Sequence record: DRR723986_4137
Length of the DNA: 64,000 bases
Direction: 5' to 3' (one strand)
Under the pieces are notes generated by a model. It did not search any database. It saw nothing but the letters and a program-made list of their open reading frames with translations, and was not told the origin of the DNA. How positions within the stretch are numbered: the stretch's first letter is position 1; every line of letters starts with the position of its first letter. Positions 38,502 through 48,458 of the stretch are shown here, piece by piece. Made by a program: the position numbers and the translations under genes.

Positions 38502-39581
38502 ATGAGAAAACTAGTATATACCGTCGTTGGCGCAAGACCGCAGTTCATCAAGGCAGGTGCACTGTCGCGGGTGCTGAGCCGCACAGACAGCATAGAAGAA
38601 CGAATCATTCATACGGGACAGCACTATGATGATTCAATGTCAGCCGTCTTCTTTGAGCAATTGGACATCCCGATGCCATGGAAGAATCTCGAGGTAGGTA
38701 GCGGCACACATGGCTCGCAGACTGCTCTAATGATGACGAAACTGGAAGAAATATTTTCCAATGAGCCTCCCGATGCAGTCATCACCTATGGAGACACGAA
38801 TTCGACACTTGCGTCGGCATTGGTCGCTAGCAAGATGCACATTCCCCTCGTGCACGTCGAAGCTGGGTTGAGGAGTTTCAATCGAAAAATGCCGGAGGAG
38901 GTGAACCGTGTTCTAACCGACCACGTGTCAGACCTTCTTTTTTGTCCCGCAGAGGGGGCAGCGAAGCATCTCGCTTCAGAGGGGATCACTTCCGGTGTGC
39001 ATGTCGTTGGTGACGTAATGTATGACGCTTTATTGCACAGCAAAGGCGTAGCGGATGCGAACAGCCAAGTACTTCAGCAGATTCCATATTCAAAAGGGCA
39101 GTATTTAGTTGCAACTCTTCACAGAGCAGAAACGACCGACGTAGACGGAGCCTTAACAAGTATTCTTCAGGGAATGGAGGCCACCGAGCAGCCAATTGTT
39201 CTCCCGTTGCACCCCAGGACGGCCAAGGTTCTTCGCGAGCGCCAGATTACGTTGCCGACAAACGTGACTCGATTGGGACCGCTGCCCTACCTTGACATGG
39301 TGCATCTCGTTGCCAACTCATCTGGAGTGATAACCGACTCGGGGGGGCTACAGAAAGAGGCGTTTTGGATGTCAAAACCCTGCACAACTGTTAGATCGGA
39401 AACCGAGTGGACGGAACTGGTCGAACTTGGCTGGAACCGTGTTGTGGGATCGGACCCTGTTGCATTGAAGGAAGCCGTGCTCAGCAAGCCGATTGGGCAA
39501 CCGAAGCCGGTTTATGGGACGGGGGATTCTGCAGCGAAGATTGTGGAAATTGTCTCCGACTTCCTGAGAGATGCGCAGTAG
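38502..39581 (+). CDS. wecB: Non-hydrolysing UDP-GlcNAc 2-epimerase family (WbpI/WecB-like)
   Basis: TVVGARPQFIK, HTGQHYD, YGDTNST, HVEAGLRS, MPEEVNR and TDSGGLQKEA motifs. Confidence 0.9.
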   Translation: MRKLVYTVVGARPQFIKAGALSRVLSRTDSIEERIIHTGQHYDDSMSAVFFEQLDIPMPWKNLEVGSGTHGSQTALMMTKLEEIFSNEPPDAVITYGDTNSTLASALVASKMHIPLVHVEAGLRSFNRKMPEEVNRVLTDHVSDLLFCPAEGAAKHLASEGITSGVHVVGDVMYDALLHSKGVADANSQVLQQIPYSKGQYLVATLHRAETTDVDGALTSILQGMEATEQPIVLPLHPRTAKVLRERQITLPTNVTRLGPLPYLDMVHLVANSSGVITDSGGLQKEAFWMSKPCTTVRSETEWTELVELGWNRVVGSDPVALKEAVLSKPIGQPKPVYGTGDSAAKIVEIVSDFLRDAQ

Positions 39582-39586
39582 GACGA

Positions 39587-40858
39587 ATGCAAATGAAACG
39601 TCGGGTACTATTCATCACACATTCGTTTCCACCATCCAACGCGCCCGCCGCCCAGCGGGTGTTCTTTTTTGCTAAGTATCTCGAATCTTCGGGTGAAATT
39701 GTGCCCGAGGTCGTGACTCCAGAGGTGGCGGTGACCAAGGCTGGCACAAGTGACTGGGATGCAGTTCATGGTTGTGGCTTCAAGGTCCATAAAACGAGCT
39801 ACTTGATCAAGCCTGGAAGTGGCACGGGCGCGGCGAAAAGTCCCGGCGCTCAAAAATCAACGGGGCGAAGGGGAATTGCCCGTCTAATGGTTCCTGATCG
39901 AGGCATCATTTGGTACCCCACTGCTGTCTCATATTGTAAAAAGCTATTAAAGACGAACGATTACGCCGCCGTGATCTCATCTTCGCCGCTTTTTGGTGAC
40001 CACCTGATAGCGAGAAAGATTGCAAAGTCGCATGGCATAAAATGGATCGCCGATTTTCGTGACTTCCACTACATTGAAAACCACGAAAAAAACTCGTCAG
40101 GTCTCTTCAAATACATGCAGCGTCGTATTGAAGAAAGTGTAATTCGGGACGCCACCAGCCTCGTCTTCATTAGTGAAAGAATGCGAGATGAGTACGTTAG
40201 GCGGTATCCATCTGCCAGTGAAAAAGCCAACGTTATCTTCAATGGTTATGATCCACCAGAGTACCATGAGCCATTGCCAACTGATTCTGGTCCCTTAAGA
40301 ATTTTTTACTCTGGTTCATTTTATGGCGGTACACGTTCACCGACTCCGATGTTGCGAGCGCTCGAGCATCTACTTGAAACAAAGCGTGCGACAAAAGAAG
40401 ACTTTCAGATACTGCTAGCCGGCAATCCGAATCCTGAAACCGTCGAGCTTTTCGATCGTCATAGGCTTATCGAGCCTTGTGTAAGGTTTCTTGGGCAGCT
40501 ACCCAGAACCGATGTTCTTAAACACTATGCTTCATCGGATGTGCTGTGGCTCATTGTTGGTCAAAGTAAATCGCACCGCTACGGTTTTCCTCTAAAGGGC
40601 TTCGAGTATTTCGGTGCGCAGCGTCCGATTGTTGCTTTTTGCCCCGAGGACTCAGATGCCGAGCAGTTCTTAGAAATGGCAGGTCGAGGTAGAACTTTTG
40701 TTGGTGAGGCGAATATCGAGCAAGTCGCAGACCATCTTCTAGACTTAGTACGCGACAAAAGCACTAGCAGAATCCCGAAGAGCTTTAAGCATATCGAAGC
40801 GTTTACACGCGATTTTCAAACCAGGCAGATGACGAACCTCATTCTTGAGAGCCACTGA
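39587..40858 (+). CDS. GT-B (GT4-like) glycosyltransferase
   Basis: LFITHSFPP, WIADFRD, IFNGYD and P.K.FEY.GA.RPI motifs. Confidence 0.85.
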   Translation: MQMKRRVLFITHSFPPSNAPAAQRVFFFAKYLESSGEIVPEVVTPEVAVTKAGTSDWDAVHGCGFKVHKTSYLIKPGSGTGAAKSPGAQKSTGRRGIARLMVPDRGIIWYPTAVSYCKKLLKTNDYAAVISSSPLFGDHLIARKIAKSHGIKWIADFRDFHYIENHEKNSSGLFKYMQRRIEESVIRDATSLVFISERMRDEYVRRYPSASEKANVIFNGYDPPEYHEPLPTDSGPLRIFYSGSFYGGTRSPTPMLRALEHLLETKRATKEDFQILLAGNPNPETVELFDRHRLIEPCVRFLGQLPRTDVLKHYASSDVLWLIVGQSKSHRYGFPLKGFEYFGAQRPIVAFCPEDSDAEQFLEMAGRGRTFVGEANIEQVADHLLDLVRDKSTSRIPKSFKHIEAFTRDFQTRQMTNLILESH

Positions 40859-40877
40859 GCACGCACGCAGGCGTTCA

Positions 40878-42251
40878 ATGTTTCAAAAACTCTACGATTC
40901 TTCGCCAGTAGTAATCCAAAACTTGATGGTCACCGCTAGTAACCATCTGTCGATTCGAAAGAGAAGAAGTCGGCGATACAAAGACTTGCGTCGGTTCTAC
41001 GAGGAAAGCGAGTTTTTACCTCGGAATCAATTACTCGAAATGCAACGAGAGCGACTTGAAGAGTTTCTCTTGCATTGCCAAGTAAATTCACCGTGGCACC
41101 ACGAACGCTTGTCAGGATTTGACCTTCGCGGAATGACAGTTGAACGCTTGTCCGAGCTGCCAATGATGAGCAAAGAGGACTTGCGTAGTAATACCAAACG
41201 TCTCGCCACAATTAGCAAAGACATAGCTTATATATCGAAGACGGGAGGAACGACCGGAGCCGCACTGCAGGTCTTGTTCACATGGGAAGATTTCCAGGAT
41301 AGGACAGCCTTTTTGGAGTTTTTTCGCGAGCGATTTGCGAAGGTCGTGGGTGCAAAGACTGCTTGGTTTAGTGGTAAGAGTTTGATTCCAAATCCAGCCA
41401 AGGAAAAAACATTCAGTCGTTATAACTTTATTGATCGCATTCGATACTATTCAACATTTCACACCAACTTCGAAAATGCTGAGAAGTATCTTCGTGACAT
41501 GGAGAGGTTTCAGCCAGAGGTACTAGTGGGATTCCCTTCCTCAATGCTTGAACTGGTCCGGTTCGCAGAAAGTACGGGAAGGCAATTCAATATACAACCA
41601 AAGGCTATTTTCCCAACGGCGGAAACCCTGACTCCGCACATTCGCGCTAGCATCTCCGAGTTCTTCGCAGCGCCCGTTTATGACCAATATGCCTCCAGTG
41701 AAGGTGCTCCTTTCATCACAGAGTGTGAGGAAGGCAATCTACACATCGAACCTTTGACCGGGGTTTTTGAGGTTATTGATGAGGAAGGCCGCCCTGCCGT
41801 GACTGGCGATCTTGTCGTCACAGCATTTGGCACAAAGGGAACGCCATTAGTTCGGTACAAAATCGAGGACCGCGTAACCCTTCAAGAGGGTAAGTGTCCA
41901 TGTGGCCGCAATACGCAGTTGGTTCAATCAATTGACGGACGCAGTAATGACTATCTGTTTTCTCCTGAGCGAGGCCGGATAAATCTTGGCAACGTTTCGA
42001 ATTGTGTAAAAGGTGTTAAAGGGATCCGACAGTTTCAAATTGTCCAGCCTTCGACTAATCGACTAGAAGTAAATCTGGTTTGTTCTGAAGAATTCACCTC
42101 TGAAGACCGCACGACATTTCTGGCAAATCTTACGGACCGAGTTGGCGACAAAATGCAGATTGAAGATCGGCAAGTTAACCAGATCCCCAGAGAAAAGAGT
42201 GGCAAGTTTCGTATCGTTAAGAATTTGCTCAGTGCGAATGAACAGAGCTAA
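40878..42251 (+). CDS. CapK-like / phenylacetate-CoA ligase family protein
   Basis: KTGGTTG, YDQYASSEG, PLVRYKIED, IDGRSND and KSGKFR motifs. Confidence 0.88.
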   Translation: MFQKLYDSSPVVIQNLMVTASNHLSIRKRRSRRYKDLRRFYEESEFLPRNQLLEMQRERLEEFLLHCQVNSPWHHERLSGFDLRGMTVERLSELPMMSKEDLRSNTKRLATISKDIAYISKTGGTTGAALQVLFTWEDFQDRTAFLEFFRERFAKVVGAKTAWFSGKSLIPNPAKEKTFSRYNFIDRIRYYSTFHTNFENAEKYLRDMERFQPEVLVGFPSSMLELVRFAESTGRQFNIQPKAIFPTAETLTPHIRASISEFFAAPVYDQYASSEGAPFITECEEGNLHIEPLTGVFEVIDEEGRPAVTGDLVVTAFGTKGTPLVRYKIEDRVTLQEGKCPCGRNTQLVQSIDGRSNDYLFSPERGRINLGNVSNCVKGVKGIRQFQIVQPSTNRLEVNLVCSEEFTSEDRTTFLANLTDRVGDKMQIEDRQVNQIPREKSGKFRIVKNLLSANEQS

Positions 42252-42276
42252 CAACACTGCTCAGGCAGAAAGTGCA

Positions 42277-43392
42277 ATGCAACGAAATTGCGTGGTTGGC
42301 GTTTACCCGTATTCGGTTGTTGGCTTCCGGGGGGACTTGATTCGGGCGATGGTCGCGGAGCAGCATGATGTTACGGTCATGACTGCAGACTGTGAGGAGG
42401 AGACGAGAGCTGAAATCGAGAGCCTTGGCGTTACGTTTAGACCTTATCCAGTGAAACGCAATGGGATGGATCCGAGAACTGATCTCGGGACGCTACGGCA
42501 TCTGAAACAAGCTTTTCGCGAGATGCAGCCTGACGTTATGTTGGCGTACACCATCAAACCAATCGTTTGGGGCGGCCGCGCGATTCGAGTCGTGCCCAAC
42601 TGCCGGTTCTTCGCATTGATAACTGGCCTAGGGTACGCTTTCCAAGGGGGCAGTCTGAAGCGAAGGTTGCTCAATAGATTGGTATCGGCTCTGTACAAGC
42701 AGTCGCTGCGGCGGGCGGAAGGAGTGATCTTCCAGAACCCCGACAATCTTGAACTATTCGTCGAACGCGGAATTGTCGAAAGAGACAAGTGTCATGTGGT
42801 GGCCGGTAGCGGAGTCAACACGGAAGACTTTTCTGCGAAATCGCTTCCCGATGGACCACTGCGTTTCCTGCTGATTGCAAGACTGCTTGGGGAAAAGGGG
42901 ATTCGCGAGTATGCCGCCGCCGCTAGGCAAATTCGTAAGGAGTATCCCGACGTCACATTCTCGCTTGTGGGGCCGGAAGACCCTTCACCAGATGGAATAC
43001 CAATTGATGAAATCAAGCGACTTCACGATGCGGGGAATATCGAGTACTTAGGAGCAACCAAGGATGTCCGGCCGTATATTGAGCAGTCGCATGTCTACGT
43101 TCTGCCTTCATACCATGAGGGGATGCCGCGGACTGTGCTCGAGGCGATGGCGATGGGGCGCCCAATTATCACTACTGATACGACGGGTTGTCGAGAAACC
43201 GTGGAAGCTGGCAACAATGGTTGGCTAGTGCCGGTTGCCGACACCGCCGCCCTCGAAGTAAAGATGAAATGGTGCATCGAGAATAGAGATGCCCTCCAGG
43301 AAATGGGGGATTCAAGCCGCCGGCTGGCAGAGCAACGGTTTGATGTGCGTAAGGTCAACCAAGACATTATCGAGATCATGTATGGAAAGTAA
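42277..43392 (+). CDS. GT4 glycosyltransferase (PglA/CapM-like)
   Basis: YTIKP, ITGLG, FQNPD, GSGV, ARLLGEKG and LPSYHEGMPRTVLEAMAMG motifs. Start could be 42238. Confidence 0.9.
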   Translation: MQRNCVVGVYPYSVVGFRGDLIRAMVAEQHDVTVMTADCEEETRAEIESLGVTFRPYPVKRNGMDPRTDLGTLRHLKQAFREMQPDVMLAYTIKPIVWGGRAIRVVPNCRFFALITGLGYAFQGGSLKRRLLNRLVSALYKQSLRRAEGVIFQNPDNLELFVERGIVERDKCHVVAGSGVNTEDFSAKSLPDGPLRFLLIARLLGEKGIREYAAAARQIRKEYPDVTFSLVGPEDPSPDGIPIDEIKRLHDAGNIEYLGATKDVRPYIEQSHVYVLPSYHEGMPRTVLEAMAMGRPIITTDTTGCRETVEAGNNGWLVPVADTAALEVKMKWCIENRDALQEMGDSSRRLAEQRFDVRKVNQDIIEIMYGK

Positions 43393-43627
43393 TGAAGAAA
43401 TACGTGAGCGATTCTTTAGAGTGCTATCAAGCATCTTAACTTCAGAGTTTTCGCTTGTTTCAAATACGCGACTGCGTGACGATTTGGGAATGGACTCTCT
43501 GCAACTTGCCGTGATGACGGTCAAGGTTGAAGCTGAATTTGGCGTGGATGTGTTCGCCGATGGAGTCGTCCATACGGTGGGTGATGTCGAGGAAAAGATC
43601 AACCGACACCTGGAAAGCGTGGAATAA
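43382..43627 (+). CDS. Acyl carrier protein
   Basis: 81 aa, acidic. LRDDLGMDSL (phosphopantetheine Ser), VEAEFGV and TVGD motifs. Confidence 0.88.
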   Translation: MESNEEIRERFFRVLSSILTSEFSLVSNTRLRDDLGMDSLQLAVMTVKVEAEFGVDVFADGVVHTVGDVEEKINRHLESVE

Positions 43628-43695
43628 TCGTGCCCTGCTCTGCTCTGGATTTCGATCAGCAGTCCTGTATAACGTCTTTGGTTTGTAAATAGTTG

Positions 43696-45009
43696 ATGAT
43701 AGGTCCTGAAAAGATCTTTTTTATTGAACCGGCACATGAAAGGCGGGCTTCTTACAGCGAGTTTGCGAACGATCTTGAGCTTCCAAGGGATTGCTCATGG
43801 CGCGACCACTTGTTAGGGGGCTGCGCCGGAATAGATGAAGCTGGCGCAGAGAAGATTTTGTGCGAGAGGCCTGCCCGCGAAGCAGAACGTCTGAGCGATA
43901 GCTCCGGTTCAAGAAGCCTCACAGAGAGTCCTTTCTACCGAACATTTTGCAAGCTCGCCGGTGCGATTGTTTCTGGGAACGAAGTGGTGCTGGGGGACGA
44001 AGGCTGCGAGCAAACCTCGCCGGATCGGTTCGGCGCTGGTGAGTTTGCAGCGGAACAAGCTGTAACGTTGGAAGATGGTGTCAGGAGGTCTCGAGCGAGA
44101 GTCGGTGTAAAGACAAGCGGTACTACGGGGCGACCAAAACTGATTTGGCACGCTATGGATACACTATGCCGTGGTCTGCGGGTTGCTGAGCATCATCGAG
44201 ACGATGTTTGGGGGTTTGCCTATGATCCCGCGCATTTCGCGGGTATCCAAGTGTTCCTGCAGGCGCTGGCCAACAGGAACACAATTGTGCGGCTGTTTGG
44301 ATTGGAGCCTGTGGTCGCGCGAGCTGCAATCTTGGGCCACGAGGTTACTCATTTGAGTTCGACGCCAACGTTCATAAAGATGCTTTGCGGCGAAGATGCA
44401 AGGTTTCCGAGCGTAAAGAGGCTGACTCTTGGCGGCGAAGCGATCGACACCGCTACAGAATCTGTTGTTCGGCACGCCTTTCCAAACGCTCGGCTGCGAA
44501 ACGTTTACGCGTCCACTGAGCTTGGCTCCATACTCAGTTCCACAGGCAACATTTTCACAGTTCCCGACGTTTTTTCGGGTAAAGTAATTGTTCTTGACGG
44601 AGAGCTGCACGTCAGTCCTGAGCTGTTGGCTGATTCAATTCATACAGACGAAAAGCACTTCGCAACTGGCGACCTGGTCGAAGTGCTTAGTGAACGCCCA
44701 CTGCGGTTTCGATTTGTTGGCCGACGTGGGGACTGGATTAACGTAGGTGGTGAAAAAGTTAACCCGCACACCGTTGAAGCTGCACTGACAAGTTTGCCGG
44801 GGGTGTCGGCGGCCCGGGTCTTCGGAACGCCAAATTCCGTACTTGGAAACTTGGTGTCCTGTGAGATCGTTTTAGCGGATCGAGTCCGATTAAGCGAGTC
44901 GGAACTAAAGGATGCTTTGCAGAACAAACTGTCGCGTTATGAAGTACCTCAGATTTTCCGTTTTGTGGATCAATTGACTCTAACTAGTAGCGGTAAGCTA
45001 CAGCGGTAG
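43696..45009 (+). CDS. AMP-dependent (ANL family) ligase
   Basis: TSGTTGRPK, YASTE, FATGDL, GR..DWINVGGEKV and TSSGK motifs. Confidence 0.88.
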   Translation: MIGPEKIFFIEPAHERRASYSEFANDLELPRDCSWRDHLLGGCAGIDEAGAEKILCERPAREAERLSDSSGSRSLTESPFYRTFCKLAGAIVSGNEVVLGDEGCEQTSPDRFGAGEFAAEQAVTLEDGVRRSRARVGVKTSGTTGRPKLIWHAMDTLCRGLRVAEHHRDDVWGFAYDPAHFAGIQVFLQALANRNTIVRLFGLEPVVARAAILGHEVTHLSSTPTFIKMLCGEDARFPSVKRLTLGGEAIDTATESVVRHAFPNARLRNVYASTELGSILSSTGNIFTVPDVFSGKVIVLDGELHVSPELLADSIHTDEKHFATGDLVEVLSERPLRFRFVGRRGDWINVGGEKVNPHTVEAALTSLPGVSAARVFGTPNSVLGNLVSCEIVLADRVRLSESELKDALQNKLSRYEVPQIFRFVDQLTLTSSGKLQR

Positions 45010-45115
45010 CTGATCATCGCGTGGCTTCAGTTGACCGTGTTTGCCAGAAGTTTAACGTTGGCATTGATATTGAAAGCACTACAGTGACGCTGATGGTTTA
45101 CGCGAGTGATAGACT

Positions 45116-45847
45116 TTGACTGATACAATGCATTGTTTGGTAACAGGAGCATCGCGGGGGCTTGGGCTGGAGGTCGTCAAGCAATTGCTTGAACAAAATT
45201 GGACCGTCGTGGCAACGAGCCGCACACTGAGTCCTGGCTTGCAAGAGCTAATGGACAAGAGTGACGGGCGATTGCGTTACTTTTCGTGCGATCTGTCGGC
45301 AGCGAACGAGTCGGTTGCTGAGGCTCTCAAAGAGAACTTGCCTACTGAGCTTGTCATTGACGGTTTGGTCAACAACGCAGCCGTGGCTTACGATGACTTG
45401 GTGACGAATGCGAATGCGGACAAACTAGCTACAATGATGCAGGTCAATGTTACTGGACCAATCATGGTGACCAAGTTTGTGCTCCGGCGCATGTTGCTGC
45501 ATTCGACACGGGGATCGATTGTTCACGTTTCGAGTGTTTCTGCGCATCGGGGATATCGTGGGCTGGCAATGTATGCGGCAACCAAAGCTGCCCTGGAGGG
45601 GTTTTCAAAAGGTGTAGCTCGGGAGTGGGGGCGGTTGGGCATTCGTTCCAATTGTGTCGTTCCAGGCTTTATGGAAACCGATATGTCGAGAGACTTGGAC
45701 GAATCGCAACGTGAGCAAGTGTTTCGACGAACGGCACTTGGCGAGCCAACAGATCTTGCCAGCGTCGCTCAGACAGTTCAGTTCCTGCTCTCAAGTGAAT
45801 CGCATTCGATAACTGGAACCGCAGTTCATGTTGACGCCGGGACTTGA
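45116..45847 (+). CDS. FabG-like SDR oxidoreductase
   Basis: TGASRGLG, VNNAA, YAATK and PGFMETDM motifs. Confidence 0.9.
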   Translation: MTDTMHCLVTGASRGLGLEVVKQLLEQNWTVVATSRTLSPGLQELMDKSDGRLRYFSCDLSAANESVAEALKENLPTELVIDGLVNNAAVAYDDLVTNANADKLATMMQVNVTGPIMVTKFVLRRMLLHSTRGSIVHVSSVSAHRGYRGLAMYAATKAALEGFSKGVAREWGRLGIRSNCVVPGFMETDMSRDLDESQREQVFRRTALGEPTDLASVAQTVQFLLSSESHSITGTAVHVDAGT

Positions 45848-45928
45848 CGCAGTGGCTTTGCAACGTCTGGCATAATGGTGACGAAATCTGCAACCGAGGA
45901 TTTCAGAAATGAACCTTGTTAATCAACC

Positions 45929-46546
45929 ATGACAGCACGAATGACTAGTAAAGCAACCTTGGTCGTTGTCGGCGATCGGACTGCAAATGAGGTCCGCGAG
46001 GCGGCTGAAGCAACCGACCGTTACGCGCGAGTTTTGCAGTACTATTTCGACCCAGCTACGATCGCAGAATTCGCAAGCACGTTGCACGACGGCGAGGTAG
46101 TGTTCAATATCGGGATCGCAGACCCGGAGTTGAAAGCCGAGATCGCTCTGACGCTTCAGCAGCAAGGGTGGAAACCGTCTACCATCATCCACCCATCAGC
46201 GGTGGTTGCTAAGTCAGCGAGTATCGGTCACGGTTGCTTTATTGCTCCGCTTGCTGTTGTTTCAAGCAACGCCGTTGTGGGAGATGGGGCAATTGTTCAC
46301 ATACACGCGTCCGTTGGTCACGACGTACAGCTTGAGGAGAATGTTGCCGTGCTTCCTGGTGCTCGGATAAGCGGCAATGTAGTCGTCGGTAAAAACACGA
46401 TCGTCGGAAGCAACGCATTTTTGGCTGCGGGCAGATCCGTTGGAGCGGGATGTCGAATTGACGCGCTCGCCTACGTTGCTGAAGACCTTGCCGCAGGGTT
46501 TATTGCCTCACCGCGATTAGACCAACCCGTACGCAGAGTCGTGTAA
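45929..46546 (+). CDS. NeuD/PglD-like hexapeptide acyltransferase
   Basis: TIIHPSAVV, ASVGHD and PGARISGNV motifs. Confidence 0.82.
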   Translation: MTARMTSKATLVVVGDRTANEVREAAEATDRYARVLQYYFDPATIAEFASTLHDGEVVFNIGIADPELKAEIALTLQQQGWKPSTIIHPSAVVAKSASIGHGCFIAPLAVVSSNAVVGDGAIVHIHASVGHDVQLEENVAVLPGARISGNVVVGKNTIVGSNAFLAAGRSVGAGCRIDALAYVAEDLAAGFIASPRLDQPVRRVV

Positions 46547-46588
46547 TCAATGACTGTGATCGACCTACTAGCCAGTGAGTAAGATGCT

Positions 46589-47779
46589 TTGAGTGATTTG
46601 GCAGAACAAATTGTTGATGCCGTGAAACGAGTTGTTGGAAAGCAAGGCGAGTTTGTCTTGTTGCACGGTCCGACTATCCCTCCGAATGCATGGCGTTACA
46701 CCAAGGAGTGTTTGGATACGGGGTGGGTTTCTTCAGCGGGCAAGTACGTTACCCAATTTGAAGAGCAACTGGCTGAATTCGTCGGATGCAAGCGGGCTGT
46801 GGCTGTCGTCAATGGAACCGCCGCGCTTGAAATGTGTCTACGGCTGACAGGCGTCGAACCCGGCGATGAAGTGATTTGTCCATCGCTAACATTCGTAGCT
46901 ACAGCCAATGCCATTTCACACTGCGGGGCAACACCGCATTTTGTTGATGTGGAGCCCGGAACTCTGGGGCTTTGTCCCGATGCATTGAAGCGGCGGCTAG
47001 CTGAAGTGTGTGAAGTGCGTTCGGGAGTTGCGTTCAACCGGCGGACCGACCGTCGTATTTCTGCTGTTTGCGTAATGCACTGCTTTGGTCACCCTGCTCG
47101 GCTCGATGAATTAGTGGCAGTGTGCCAGGAGTATGGAATTGAGTTGGTTGAGGATGCCGCTGAGTCGCTCGGGTCTTACTACAAGGGGATGCACACAGGC
47201 CGGACTGCAAAGCTATCTGCTGTCAGTTTCAACGGCAACAAGATTATTACGACTGGTGGCGGCGGGGCTATTGTCACCGACGACATTGAGTTGGCTGACA
47301 GAGCGAAGCACCTGACGACTACGGCCAAGACGCCTCATAAGTGGGAATTCCACCATGACCAGGTGGCTTGGAATTTTCGGATGCCGAACCTCAATGCCGC
47401 CCTGGGCTGTGCTCAGTTAGAAATGCTGCCTGAGATCTTGAAGGCGAAACGAATACTGCACGAAAGATATGTGAAAGAATTTGCGACGATCGATGGCGTA
47501 GATTTACTCGCCCAGCCCGTCAATTCACAAAGCAACCATTGGCTGAACTGTATCGTCCTGGACGGCAGTACTTCCAGTGATAGAGACGTCGTGTTGGATG
47601 CACTAAACTCTGCGCAGCTCCAGAGTCGTCCATTGTGGCAACCGATGGACCAACTGCCCATGTACTCGAGTTGTCCCTCCGGTGAACTCGAGGTCACCGC
47701 AGATATGGCGAAGCGATGCATCAATGTTCCAAGTTCATCGTTCTTGGTAAATGAGACTGACCAACAGGGAGGAGATTGA
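46589..47779 (+). CDS. LegC/PglE-type sugar aminotransferase
   Basis: GWVSSAG, LTFVATANA, EDAAESLGS, SFNGNKIITTGGGG and RMPNLNAALG motifs. Confidence 0.92.
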   Translation: MSDLAEQIVDAVKRVVGKQGEFVLLHGPTIPPNAWRYTKECLDTGWVSSAGKYVTQFEEQLAEFVGCKRAVAVVNGTAALEMCLRLTGVEPGDEVICPSLTFVATANAISHCGATPHFVDVEPGTLGLCPDALKRRLAEVCEVRSGVAFNRRTDRRISAVCVMHCFGHPARLDELVAVCQEYGIELVEDAAESLGSYYKGMHTGRTAKLSAVSFNGNKIITTGGGGAIVTDDIELADRAKHLTTTAKTPHKWEFHHDQVAWNFRMPNLNAALGCAQLEMLPEILKAKRILHERYVKEFATIDGVDLLAQPVNSQSNHWLNCIVLDGSTSSDRDVVLDALNSAQLQSRPLWQPMDQLPMYSSCPSGELEVTADMAKRCINVPSSSFLVNETDQQGGD

Positions 47780-47780
47780 T

Positions 47781-48425
47781 TTGGGCCGCTCTGTTGCAAT
47801 CATTGGTTTCGGCGGGCATGCGCGTGTGCTGCTCGCGGCGCTTCGTGCGGCGGACATGAATGTTGTTGCCGCAACTTGTCTAGAGGTACCGGATAGTCTG
47901 CGCCACGGAATTGAGGTCATGACGGACGATGAACTAACAAGGGCATTCGCGGCAGACTCCGTCAGTTTAGCGCTTGGGCTTGGGACGGTGCGGGCAGATT
48001 GTGCGGATGGAAATCGTGAGCGAATCGTTGATGGCTTTGTTGATGCCGGTTACGACTTTGTCGGTGTACAGCACCCGTTTTGCTGTGTGTGCCCCGATTC
48101 GGAGGTTGCCCTAAGCTCCCAGGTGTTCGCCGGAGCGGTTGTGCAAGCTGGCGCGAAAGTCGGGGACTTTTCGATTCTAAATACAAACTGCTCCGTTGAT
48201 CATGATTGTGTTGTCGGAAAGTTCTGCCACATTGCTCCGGGCGTAACATTGTCAGGTAACGTTGAGGTGGGGGATTACGCACATGTCGGCACTGGTGCCA
48301 ATGTTATTCAGGGAGTGCGAATTGGCGTAGGGGCAACAGTTGCTGCCGGCGCCACTGTGATCAAGGATGTTCCTCCCGGAGCGATAGTTGGTGGCACACC
48401 TGCTCGTGAAATTGGTAAAGAGTAG
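47781..48425 (+). CDS. NeuD/PglD-family sugar N-acetyltransferase
   Basis: IIGFGGHARV, NT.CSVDHDC, HIAPGVTLSG and GTPAR motifs. Start TTG 47781 (RBS GGAGG) or ATG 47751. Confidence 0.9.
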   Translation: MGRSVAIIGFGGHARVLLAALRAADMNVVAATCLEVPDSLRHGIEVMTDDELTRAFAADSVSLALGLGTVRADCADGNRERIVDGFVDAGYDFVGVQHPFCCVCPDSEVALSSQVFAGAVVQAGAKVGDFSILNTNCSVDHDCVVGKFCHIAPGVTLSGNVEVGDYAHVGTGANVIQGVRIGVGATVAAGATVIKDVPPGAIVGGTPAREIGKE

Positions 48426-48458
48426 CGCGACCGCATCAGGAAAGAACCTAAGGAAACA

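Noticed and set aside
43382-45847. Stand-alone PKS/NRPS or fatty-acid cluster
   Set aside because: No ketosynthase or condensation domain, and embedded in the sugar operon; better read as glycan acylation
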